64,000 nucleotides of DNA from the NCBI GenBank assembly GCA_002269645.1, contig NIVC01001210.1, forward strand, positions 124,001-188,000, in the 5' to 3' direction. The stretch is from Macrostomum lignano (taxonomy: Eukaryota). Numbering within the stretch: the first letter of the stretch is position 1; each line of letters starts with the position of its first letter. Positions 11,244 to 22,627 of this stretch are shown one piece after another. Position numbers and translations under genes: made by a program. The notes below the pieces were generated by a model that was not told the origin of the DNA, did not search any database, and saw only the letters and a list, made by a program, of their open reading frames with translations.

Positions 11244-13089
11244 GCCACGACCCAGCAAAGCCTGATGGCCTGACTACATCTGACAATCTGTCACTCAAAT
11301 AACACAACATTCTCTGGGCTCTGTCGACTGACTGACTTGGGGAAGGCGGCAGAGAAGTCAGAGCGGCCGCGGCTTAGAATTCGCGTCCAACTTGACAGCA
11401 AAAATTTGCTTGTAAAAGCAAACTAGACTGGAATGAGATCTGTTCCATCTGTTTGCTGGGACCTATTCATGCTTGAGCGCGTCGCAGTATTCTGGGGGCT
11501 GAGGGCGTCCATTTTACCTGGCCAGGTGGAATCAAATCAACTGAAGGGAAATGGGGAAATTGAGAGTGGGGAGAAACCGGATCAGCGAGAACTGCCCAGC
11601 TCGTACACATGAAGTCGGAGGCGCACCTGAGTTCCGTGCTCATATTGCAGGCAAAGTCAACCAACTTCAGGTGTTCTAGAAAACTGAAACCGAACCTGTG
11701 GTCAAATCCTTCGGAGGTCATGCGGAGAACGGGAGGTTGACAAAGAGGTTTTGAGCGATAGGTGGGATGCTTCCAGGCTGACCTCCCTGAGCCGCATTAT
11801 TTTAGACCCGACTGTTGCCGAGCTGGCGCAGGCGTTGAGAAGAAAATCAGGCCTTTGTCCAGCATGAAAACAAGCGCTGAGTCAATACAGAGAGCGGGCA
11901 GGCTGCTCCAGAGCTCTCTTGCATGCACCGAAGGAGCAGCAATCCATCAGAGTGCAGGGCGGGACTCTCCTTACCTTCACATCTACTTTAACTTTTTCTC
12001 TCCTCTTGATAACTTGGCACGACCCCCTTCCGAAGTAATTGCAGTGTTGTTAAATTGAGGCGCGAGAGATATTGAATTTCATGCCTGCCAATCAAAATTA
12101 TGGGAATCGATTTCAACAAATCCATCGGATTTGAGCCCACCCCAACAAAACATGGAGGCTGCAGGCCAACTAGGAGAACTCTCTACTCTCCCAGCCCGCA
12201 TCCTGGCGGCCAGAGCGCTATACTGACTTTTTTAAAGCCGATCCTCTTTAGAGACAATCGCCGGTTGAGTGCCAAATTAATTATTAATTGGAATTTCCGC
12301 ACTACAGTTTCTCGACTTTGTCTCCATCCCATCGCGTGAAGTGTCGCCGACCTCCACTGGAGGCTACACACTGTATTGCGATTGTGTTGAATAGATTTGG
12401 ACCCCGCCAATTTTATTGTGATCATTGTTTAATTCAGCAGGGGGCGCCAGGGCCTGACGCAGCCCTAGCTATAGTCACGCTTTGCTATTTCGTATACGCG
12501 AGAATTGACAAGGACAACCGAAGATGCTGGAGACAATTGCACGCGCATGAATCCCCAGAGGAAAGTGCATCCATTTTCTTCCTTCTCTCTGCTCGCACCC
12601 ACACGGCTTCAAATAATGACAGCCTAGACGGAGAGACAGCGAGAGCGAGAGAGAGGGATAGAAGAGGCAGGGGAGAATGGATGGGGGCTCGGACAGAGTT
12701 CTCCCAATGCCCAAGAGCTGAGGAGCAGCATGAGAGGGGGCTGACGCCGACTGCGCACTTGAAAGGCAATTATTGCCAAAGCCATGGGTTCCTGCTCACA
12801 CACTCTCTCCAACTAGCACTTTTTATTGCCCACTGAACTCTTAATTGCAGAGAGTTGAGCCCAAGTTCCCCTGCTCCGGGCTTCCCACGTCCTGCAGCAG
12901 ATGTGAGAAGGCCATTTTTTTGCCGGGCCACGCGCTCTTTTGGGAGCATTCTTTGACGCCATCCATTCATTACGCCATGATGGGTCCCGTCTCACTAGTT
13001 TTTAAGTCTTTAAGCCTCTGCCTTCATCTTTCTTTATTCATCTCGCGTATTCTTGTTGCTCTTATTGTCATGTCTCTACATTAGATGGA

Positions 13090-13461
13090 GGGGTTGTAGC
13101 CTGGTGGTTAGAGCGTCGGACTCGCGACTGAAAGGTCGGAGGTTCGATTCTCGACACACTCGGAACAATTTGTGTCCTTGAGCAAGACACTAAACTCTGC
13201 ATTGCTTCAGTTCACCCAGCTGTAAAATGGGTGCCAGCATTAGCTGGGTTAATTGAGGGCGTGTGTGGCGACCCCCCAGTCCTTCGACTGAACAGCCGTA
13301 CGCAGCCTTCAGATGCGCCGCGCAATAGCTGCGGCTGAGCTGTCGGTTGCACATCTGGCCATTAGGGCAGGTGTAATCAATTATTATTTTTTTTATGATT
13401 ATGATTATGATTATGATTATAACTATGATTATGATGATTATGATTATTATTATTATTATTA
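13090..13461 (+). mobile_element. tRNA-derived CORE-like SINE, copy 2, with (ATGATT/ATT)n tail
   Basis: A box TAGCCTGGTGG and B box GGTTCGATTCT. GTGTCCTTGAGCAAGACACTAAACTC...CAGCTGTAAAATGGG resembles the MIR CORE consensus. Microsatellite tail at 13394-13461. Confidence 0.85.
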
Positions 13462-14297
13462 TGTCTACAGAAAGGCTTATGAGCGTTAGTATGTATTCAT
13501 TGTTCTCGAGCTCTCGTTCTCTACTCCGTCAGTCTGTCGCCTTCCCTATCGGCAACCCAGAAGTCCCTTCTTATTTCTCCTTTTTAGCCCCTAATTTAGT
13601 CTAATCCAGCATGCAATGCACGATTTATAGTCCTGTGCATCGCTTCTCCGTGGCTTTTCCATTTCCTCTAACAGTTGCACTACATATCCCTAATTTACAA
13701 CCGACCGTTGGCCTCCCTACAGGCAATTGAGAGTTAGGCGCAGGGGCTCTGAGTTTCCTGGGGAGGGGGAGGGGCACCTGAGCCTTCCATCCTCAGGCGC
13801 AACCTGATCCGGTCCGGCGCGGCTTTGCAATTGGCCTGTCGCGCAGGTAAGAGAAACCTCCCTGATGGGGAATGGCAAGGGTACGTTTTCTACCCCCCCC
13901 CCTCTTCCCAGCCGAAGGGATTCTGATCAAGGAAGCAGAGAAAAGTTGTTGTCCAAGCCCTGGGCTGTGAGTATTTTTTTACACACCTGGGATAGCGAAG
14001 CAAGCTGTAACCGAGTCCCGTGCTGCCTGTCTTTCCGGCGAAAAGTAAAAAATCGATTCTCTTTCTTTATTGTTTCATTTTAAAGAAAAATTTGCGAAGC
14101 CACTGAAGCCTTTCTTTAAGACACCGAGCTTATACTCGTAAAAGTACTCTACTGAATTTTGGAACCGCTATTTCGAGGCCTATTGTTAAAAACGCAAGTA
14201 GTGTGTAGTGTGTCGTAGGTTTGATAAGCTTGGCTTCTTGACTTTGATATTTCCAAGAAGCTGCTTCTTATTTCTAGGAAAGTTTCGAGCATCAAAG

Positions 14298-17200
14298 ATG
14301 GACGCCAGCAACGACTCGGGAAAAAAGCAGCAGCACCAGTCTCGGCTGGATGAAGCTCTGGCTGCCGGGTACTCCGCCATTGCGGAGCCGCGCCGCACCG
14401 ACATCAGCGTCAGCGCCGGCGACCAGCGGCGCCGTTCGTCGCGTCGCTCCCGCCGGCGCCAATCGGCTGGCGCGGCGTCTTCTTCGTCGACTTCCGGCAT
14501 ACCGGACATCCGGTCAACTGTGGAGACGCGCAGCAGAAGCAAGCGAGAGATGCAGGAGCTGAACGAACGCTTGGCCGGCTTTATTGAAAAGGTACGGGCC
14601 GAGAAATGTTTGAGAAAAGTACTGCTGCATTTTTCGCAATCTGATATCATTAAAAACAAGTTCTCTATACTAATTCAAGTAAGGTATACAAGTATTCCAT
14701 TGTCGTCTTTTAAACAGAAATACCCGCCGTGTACAACCAGATTCCTAATTTAAAGTCAGAAGAGTGGACCCTTCTTCACTTACTATCTAAAACACATCCT
14801 CATTTCTGGTTCAATATACTTCCTAGGTCAAAATCTAACACCTCGTCCTCATGTAGGGCGTATGCAAGGGCGTAGCCTGGACTCTTAATTCTTTTATAAT
14901 TTAGGCGATGTGTATTTGGGGACCGCCAAATTTCATTTGACTTGGTGCCAGCACCAGGGTCGCGTCAGGTACTCTCTGCAACTGCCTCACCGGCCCCTCT
15001 CGTTCCCGCACTCAGAGTCGCTACCTCCAAGCTCAGAACAAGCGCCTGAAGGAGGAGCTGGACCAGCTGCGCTCCATCTGGGGCCGCGAGACGGAGAAAG
15101 TACGGCGCTCCTTGGAGGCTGAGCTGGCCCAGATGAGACGTCTGTTGGACTCGGCGGAAGCCGCCAAGGGAGAGCGGGAGGCGAGAGTGGCTACGCTGGA
15201 GGGACAGCTGCGAGAAATTCGAGAGCAGTGAGAGGATCATGGGTTGCTTGGTTGCTATGCCACTCTAGGGTTTAACTCATTTCAACATTCCTTTTATGCT
15301 TTTGAGATATAACTGAGCTTCGATATTACCTGTTGAACGAGCAAGAGGTTATGAACCGAAATTTTTTTTTTAAATAATCAGTTCTTCATTTATTTAAAAT
15401 TATTTTCCTTTTGTTAATTCGATATTCAATATTGACTTAAGGTGTATCAGTCATGAAACTTAGGGGGCACTTGCTCAACATTTCTTCGGCCCTCGGGTCC
15501 GTTGAAACTTCACTATGGCAATTCGGCTTGACCAGGGTTTGTCTCTTCTCGGCTGTCTTCTCAGTTCTCTCATCTCTCTCCCCTCTTCTCTCTTTTCACT
15601 TCTATCCCCTCTCATTTCTCCTCTCCTCTCCTCTGTCTTCTCTCTGCCCTCTCCTCTTTTCTCTCATCTCTCTCCTCTCATATCTCTTCCCCTTTCTTCT
15701 CTCTTCTTATCTTCTCTCTCATCACCTCTCTTCTGTCATCTGTCATCTTCTTTTTCTTTCCCCCCCATCTAGATTATTTATCTGACCGTTGAAGTAAAAA
15801 TGTTTGCCGACCCCTGATTAAATTATAAGTGGGCAACCTTTTGTACGCACTATAAAAGGTCAACATCTTTTCTGGCTGATCTTGGGTAGGCTATCACTGA
15901 GTCTCTATCATGACCTGCTGTTCTGCTGTTCTGTTGTTTTCGCAAGAATTTTCATAGGTTTAACAATTCTTTCACCTGCCTGCGCCAATCCAGCTTAAGC
16001 AGTGTGACCCAGTCGCACGGTCAGCTGACGGACCGCCTGGACAGGGCCAACCACGAGCTGGCAGACCGGGACGGCGAAATCTCTTTACTGCGTCGACGAC
16101 AGGGCCAGCTGGAAGACGAGGTCAGCCGCGTTCGTCAGAGACTCGAACGATCGAGAGCCGATGGAGATCGGCTTAGGGCCGATTTGGAAGCCGAGACGGC
16201 CGGTAGAGTAGCCGGACAGACGGCGGGTCAATCTGTGCGCGAGGAGCTGCAGCTGGTGAGGCTGGTGCACGAACAGGTAAGCAAAATGCTCTTCATTTCT
16301 CATTGCAGACCTCAACTTTCAAACTGATAGTGTCTCCGTTTGGACGTAGTGGAGCAGTCTACCAAAAGAAAAGCATTATTGCAGGAACTGGAAGAGCTGC
16401 GCGGCCTCGTGAAGACCAGCACGGATCGAGATGACAGTCGGGCTTTCTGGAAATCGGAGCTTAGCCAGGCTATTCACGAGATCCAACGAGAGTATGACGA
16501 TAAACTAGACGGAGTGCGCGAGGAGCTGGAAGGCGTCTATGTTGATAAGGTACGAGCGGCTACACGCTTTCTATAGCTTTATTGCTCGAAAGCACCTAGA
16601 TCTTCAGTTCTTTGCCTTATCAACAAAGAATTGTCAAAAAGTCTAAGGTCTGAGCTTGTCAAAGGTCAAACAGGCTTACACGGAAGAATTCAAAATTACC
16701 CTCTAATCAAGCGTGCATATTTCAATGGACGATTCAATGCTTGATTGGGTCGTTCTACATCTGTACATGCAAATCTAAACAAAGCTCGAGTCATATGCAC
16801 AGATATACAGATACTAAAATAACTAGACTGGCCACTCAGGCATATATACTTAGTAAAACAGCTTTCTACTTTCAGTTCAGTAGCAAAGAAGAATACATAA
16901 GCTATTTTATAGAAAAGAAGCTGAAATGACTTTGATAAGTTTAGAAGCCCAAGCTTGCAGACGTATGCTAATTGGTTTAGCAATAATGTACATTAGCCAG
17001 CCCACTGAAATGTACATGGCAGCTTTAGGCTGGAATTCCGAGAACGGCAATAAAAATTTGGGCAGGGCGGGGGTGGTGTGGAAAGGCGCGGTTGGAGGGT
17101 TTAAGCTGGAGGGTAAAAGCCAATAAATGAACCTTGGCTAAAAAAATACAATAAAATTCTTCTGTTTAACTTACTACTGAGCTGAAAGTAGATTATACGC

Positions 17201-19657
17201 AAATGTGTTGAGTGGCCCATCTAGTTATTCTGGTATCTGTGGTCATGTGCAACTATTTGCTCATTAAGATACCATGACAGTACATCCAGTTTGGTCATTT
17301 TAGCTTCGCGATTTCGTCAAAGCTCACACGGAAGCTCAAAATGGCGGCACTGGGGCGCTTAACCAGCTGAAGGAAGAGAATCAACGCATGAAAGATGGAA
17401 ACTCCGAGCTGCGCGATCGGGTATCGGATCTGCAAACAAGGGTAAGCATGCATGGCCTGACAAACATAATCATTGGACCATTTTGATTTCAATAGAACAG
17501 TAGTGGGAGCAAAAAGCAAACATCAGTACCCTTCATCGTTTCTAACTTGCCTAATTCAACCCTCAATCGCGCCCTATTTGCCAATGGGACCCCCAAACAG
17601 TGCGAGGTGTTGCAGCGGCAGGCTGAAGAATACCGCAACGAAGCCGAAGCTGCCCAGCGTCGAAACGATGCCGAGCTAGACCGGCTGGACCAGCAGCGTC
17701 GCGTTGCTGAGGAAGACCTTCGCAGAGTTCTGCAGGTGAGTGCCAAGTTGCTGAGAGCGGTGACGCGTCCAACTGTCGGTCCAAAGTCCTTCATTAGCAG
17801 CCCAATTCATTGCACACAAGTAATATACGTATGATTATAGTCTAGAAGTCCTTTAGAAGTCCGTGTTCGTTGACGGCGGATCAACTGGAGCCTTGATTTG
17901 CGGCAGAGTCTAAGACTCCCTACGAACTCACTTCATAGCTAATAAAAGAGCCGCAGGTACTCGTAAGTAAGGTTGCTATGGTGAACTATAAATTGCAAAT
18001 TCGTTTACGAAATATAATTTTAAAACTTTCACTCACGGACCAATTCAAGTAATCAAGTTCATTTGCAAGTGAAGCTAGCGTGTTCTGGCTTGTAATGCTA
18101 CGGGTTCACAAGTTTATCAAGTTGTAAGGGAGATGGCTACACAAGAGATACGACCAAGTTCTTGATGACTTATTCACGACAGGAGCTGCAGGGCCTCACC
18201 GACGCCAAAGTAAGCCTGGAGCTGGAGATCGCGGCCTACCGAAAGCTGCTGGATGCTGAAGGCGAAGCCCTGGATGCCGCTGCGCTGGCTGCGCCAGAGA
18301 TGCGGGCGAATCAGCAGCGGGACCGGATCCATGCTGTGCAGCAGCAGCAGGCTCTGGAGGCTCCTACTGGGGATAGAAGTGAGCTGGCTAGTTTCAGTGA
18401 ACTCTTTAATCGTCGCCTAGCTTTTCGATTTCTTCATTAAAATACTCGCTATTTTCTCTTGGTCCAGACTCCCTGCAGCCTCCAGTGAAGGCCATCACTA
18501 CTGAAGTCACAGCCAAGACTCAGTTTGAGAAGACATTCAAAGGCGGCATCTGCATTGACGAATGCTCTCCGGAGGGCACCTATATTCAGTTGAGGAATGT
18601 AGGCAGCAAGGTAAGCAACGATTTTAAAAATCATGATTAATAACAGCCAGTTGCCACAGAGTTACTGTTGTCTCCCATTTCTGAAGCACTATTTTTGGTA
18701 GCAAATTGGCAACAACGAATCAATTAATTACGAGCATAATACGCTCGTAGAATCGCTAATCTAGCGACACGGTGGCATGCGAGTATACCAAGCTCCGAGG
18801 CTCCATTGACCAGATTGACACACACACTTTTGGCCTGTATATTGTAAATGTACAATACACCACAGGCTATCCAACAATACAAGAAAATCCCGATTGGTGC
18901 GTCTCACTGTTTAGAAAGAGACGCTGATTGGCTGGCGCCTGACCCGGACCATAGACAGTCGCAGCCAGCCGAAGGAGTTTCCGCTGCCAAACCTGGTGCT
19001 GGACCCTGGCGACGTTTGCCGTCTATGGGCGGAGGACGAGAAGCCGTCCGATGCGTCGGAAGTTGATGCCGAGGTTTCTGTACGACGATGGGAGGTTGGA
19101 AACTACTCCAGAACCGTTTTGTATAATTCTGACGGCCAGGTGAGCAAGGACCAAGTCGCTGATTCTTAGTTATGTGAAAGAAGTTGATTTGGTAGTTTAG
19201 GACCTACTGAAAGGACTTCTCTAAAACCATAAAGACGGTTTATTGACTAGCCTGGTAAAGAGGTGAAAGATAAGGAGGTTTTAGGGGCCCAGCTATTGAT
19301 CCTGCACGATCACCCTCCATTCGATGGCACATGGCTCGTAAGGTCCACAGGGTTGATTTTTGTGTCAACGGTAAACAAGCCGTGCAATTGTTGAATGCTT
19401 GGCCTCCCGCTAGCCTTTTAGGCAATAAGTTAGGGCCTTCGATCCAATCCCAGCCAGGGATTTAACTCCTGGCAAACCCAGCTAATACTTCAGAGCGGAT
19501 CTGTTTTCAACGTATTAACAATAATGGGCTTCTTTCAAAGTTATACCAAGGACAATTCAAGTTGTTATTGAGTTATACCCGCGCCGCTTTGTGACATTTC
19601 AAACTACAGGAACGAGCCCGGCACGTGCAAAAGACGTTCATGACCAGCCCAGTGTAG
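14298..19657 (+). CDS. Cytoplasmic intermediate filament protein (protostome type, with lamin-tail domain), 10 exons, 612 aa
   Basis: Exons 14298-14591, 15016-15227, 15994-16276, 16385-16549, 17304-17441, 17601-17735, 18183-18378, 18468-18610, 18915-19139 and 19610-19657 sum to 1839 nt. Motifs: coil 1a EMQELNERLAGFIEK, FWKSELSQAIHEIQREYD, rod end LELEIAAYRKLLDAE, LTD with GWRLTR. No CaaX box. Likely 5' UTR intron at 13847-14277. Confidence 0.93.
15470..15815. mobile_element. Degenerate hAT-type MITE with CT-rich core, in intron 2 of the IF gene
   Basis: Ends with AAAAATGTTTGCCGACCCCTG like the 25184 copy and has the same CT-rich interior. Confidence 0.65.
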
Positions 19658-19859
19658 CGGCCGAGCAGCAGCCAAGACAGTCTGAACTATCTAAAAAACG
19701 AACGAGTTATCATTTTTACTGAGAAATCTATTTTACGAGTAGTTTAACGTTTTTCTTTGCGTAGTTCAAGCTGCTCGAGTAGCCTTATTATAAAAGTGAT
19801 GTAGATCACTACACATTTTGACAAATTGGATTTCCTGCACTTTAAAGCGTTACATGTAC

Positions 19860-22029
19860 AACTATACTCAGCAACATTGAGAAGTCGCCACTCTATGCGC
19901 AGGTGAGCCATTTCTCTTGGATTATTATGAATTAACCTACAGAAAGTGCATTTCTCGCCTCTTTCGCAGTCTCATCCTTTTCCCGAGGAACAACAACTTC
20001 TATGGTAATTTATCGGTTGTAGGAGGACTGAGAACCATTTCTCAGTCCCCAAACGAGGCCTGAGAAATAGTTCTCAGTCCTGCTATAAACAGTCGTATTT
20101 AACAAATGTAAACCAACAACAGGAAGTTCAAATAGTAAGATTTAGAAGCGTCTTGTAAGCACTCACTCGAAAACGATTTCAACGGTGTTGGTGTTACCAT
20201 TGATGTTAAGCCTCATTTTCTTTGCAGGATTAGCAGTCACTACGTTACTTTGTTCCATAGCTTCAACAGAGCGTTCAGGCTCGGTGTCAATAGACAGACT
20301 TGATGACTGACCACCAGATTGAAGAGCATGCGATACTTTAACATGGTCTTGTACGTCAAACTGAATATAGCGCTCAATAGCTGTCGAAGAGTGTCCTGTA
20401 ACACGAGCGATGTCCTCTCTAGCAAAGCCAGCACGGTGTAGAGTACTTGCGCAAGTCTTGCGTAGAGACTGATTAGTGTACCTTTCAGTCACTCCAGTTA
20501 GGGGAGCCGTTAATTCACGAACAATACCGTCCAAGCTGTGCCGGCCGACGGGTGCGTTTTGGTACCACCTGCCTTGCTGGATGCTGGCATCGCTACGCAT
20601 CCAAGCCAGGAACAAATTCTGAACCGTACAGTTTTCCGGTCTTTTGTCCACATACAGCTTGTAGATGCAGGGTAGACATCTATCATGATCAGCAGTATGA
20701 GATGCTTTAACGGTTTTCAATGGAACAAAACGTCGCTTTATGCCAGCGTTGTTGGTCTTCGTGGCTCTGTTCTCACAGTAAACTAGAAGTTCTTGACCGT
20801 CTTCATGCTGCAACTGGATCTCACAGCTATATCTCAGACCATGCAGCTCCGTGCCTCCACGCAAAGCGAACTGCTTGCCAAGGTAGAACACAAGCGTAAA
20901 CAGCAGTAATTTCGGCGACGTTGTTGCAAGACGTCCTTTCTGCCACAACTCCTCCTCCAGAGTTGCGGGAATTGGGCTAGACGCATTTGTCCCCGGAACT
21001 AGGCCCTCTCTAGTAGCTTCTTTCATGGCAGCATCCAATGCCATTCTTGCATCCCTGTACGCAGCGTCCTTCCAGAGATTCAGTTCTTTCTTGAGCGTGT
21101 ACTGCAGATAGTGTTGCATCATGGAAAATATGTCCCTAAGGGTCGTAGCATTGTATTTAGTGCCATCGACTTTTCGCACCTCGAGAATGAACATCTTTAA
21201 TAGATAGTTCCAATCGCAAGCGTTCCATTCATGACGCTCCTTCAACACGAGAAGGCCAGTTGTATCACCATGTAGAATTCGATTGTGTCGCTGCTCAAAC
21301 CACTGGTCAAAAATTCTTACAGCCCATAGTTCCTTCCTTCGCGTATTTGGTGGGATAGCAGCGTCCAGCTTCCCTTGTATTTCGTCAGTCGAGAGCGTAG
21401 CGAATCGATCACTACCAGCAGCAGGATTCGTTGCAGCGGATTCTTTACTTTCAAAATATCGTAGCACTAGATCTAAGTCGTCTTCCATGGTTCTATTATA
21501 TATGCAAATGGATGGACTGCTCAGTGCTCCATCTAGGTAGACGATTTATAACACTTTAGCCAGTCAGTCACATAGCTTGTGCCATAGACTAACTGTACTG
21601 GATATTGATGCGTATTTTGCTTTCAGTAGGTTAAATATTTTCTCCTCCTTTTCCCAGTGTGGCTATGGAAAAGAAAGTCCTCGGATGATATTCTCAAGGC
21701 CTCGGCAGTCCGAGGATGCATTTCTCAGGCCGAGGCGAAGCCGAGGCCTTGAGAATATCATCCGAGGACTTTCTTTTCCATAGCCACACTGGGAAAAGGA
21801 GGAGAATGTATACCTAAAAGATACGAGAAAACTGATCGGGGTAGCCTTAACCCGTCCAACCCTCGCACACCGCTCCCCCCACTTCATTCCTCAACTCAAG
21901 TCTTCCGCGGCGTAGCTGAGTTGCGTCATTCGCAAAGATTGAGACTTTAATCTGCACTCTCAAAAGTGGCGATCACAGATGGAATCTTCTGTGATGGCGA
22001 CTTTTCGATGTTGCTGAGTATAACTATAC
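19860..22029 (-). mobile_element. Crypton-type (CryptonA/DUF3504-like) tyrosine-recombinase DNA transposon, apparently full length (about 2.17 kb)
   Basis: Single YR ORF. 28-bp inverted repeats at 19863-19890 and 21995-22022 (26/28 match). Direct repeat AACTATAC at 19860-19867 and 22022-22029. Internal hairpins at 20024-20081 and 21640-21806. No RT or gag. Confidence 0.8.
20163..21488 (-). CDS. Crypton tyrosine recombinase, 441 aa, intronless
   Basis: IPPNTRRKELWAVRIF N-terminal motif; FYLGKQFALRGGTE (catalytic Arg); TNQSLRKT (HxxR position); VTGHS...IERY (His and Tyr nucleophile); PAKKMRL NLS-like tail. Confidence 0.9.
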   Translation of the reverse strand: MEDDLDLVLRYFESKESAATNPAAGSDRFATLSTDEIQGKLDAAIPPNTRRKELWAVRIFDQWFEQRHNRILHGDTTGLLVLKERHEWNACDWNYLLKMFILEVRKVDGTKYNATTLRDIFSMMQHYLQYTLKKELNLWKDAAYRDARMALDAAMKEATREGLVPGTNASSPIPATLEEELWQKGRLATTSPKLLLFTLVFYLGKQFALRGGTELHGLRYSCEIQLQHEDGQELLVYCENRATKTNNAGIKRRFVPLKTVKASHTADHDRCLPCIYKLYVDKRPENCTVQNLFLAWMRSDASIQQGRWYQNAPVGRHSLDGIVRELTAPLTGVTERYTNQSLRKTCASTLHRAGFAREDIARVTGHSSTAIERYIQFDVQDHVKVSHALQSGGQSSSLSIDTEPERSVEAMEQSNVVTANPAKKMRLNINGNTNTVEIVFE

Positions 22030-22627
22030 AGTACCACAGTATGCCTTAACAATAACTTCTATTCTATTACGTCACTTGGTTTTCCCTAAAAATTATATTG
22101 GTCCGCTTCTTTTTTTCGCTTCTGCTCTCGTCTGCACTTTCGATCGATTATATAGCCACTGCTATACTCTTTCCAGAGTGTCCTAGCGTCCGCCTTCACA
22201 GAATTCGCTTTATTTTCATTTTTTCTAGAGTTTTTTATTTTGAGAATCAAACTGCGCTAGAACCTGCTTCTCTGTCTCTTAGATACGAGTGCTTGATGCA
22301 ACGAAATAAAAAGTAAGTCCCTCAAGTTATGGTTTAGGACTGCTCGACTTGTTAGATTTTCTATTCTCTTGGAAAGCAAATTCAAACGGTGACAATGCTC
22401 TCAAAAGACAATCATGGGGCGCATTTTGATCGCATAGTTAAATATTGGAATGGAAGATTTCATATTTCGATGGCGGTGAAACTGGGTTGCTAAGAACAGA
22501 AGGCTGCGCACTTATTTGACTGCAATTTGAAAGGGAACTGTTAAGATGAGGTCGCGTTTTGACGAGAAGGAATTGTTCTGTGTCATTCGTGTCAAAGACA
22601 GTTAGTTGCATTGCAAAGTGGAGTTGA

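Noticed and set aside
11467-11721. 84-aa minus-strand ORF with a donor-like CAG|gtaaaa and C-x-C spacing
   Set aside because: There is no convincing acceptor, partner exon or family motif.
13090-13165. tRNA gene call for the A/B-box sequence (also at 4730-4803 and 31262-31330)
   Set aside because: There is no proper acceptor stem or terminator; it continues into a shared SINE body and tail in three diverged copies.
14298-19657. Nuclear lamin
   Set aside because: The C-terminus is TSPV with no CaaX box, and there is no NLS between rod and LTD. FWKSELSQAIHEIQ matches protostome cytoplasmic IFs.
20163-21488. DIRS/Ngaro retrotransposon or bacterial/phage integrase contamination
   Set aside because: There is no gag, RT or RNase H nearby. 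The motifs (ALRGG.E, PxNT..K..WA) fit the Crypton/DUF3504 type, and the flanks are continuous with intron-containing animal genes.
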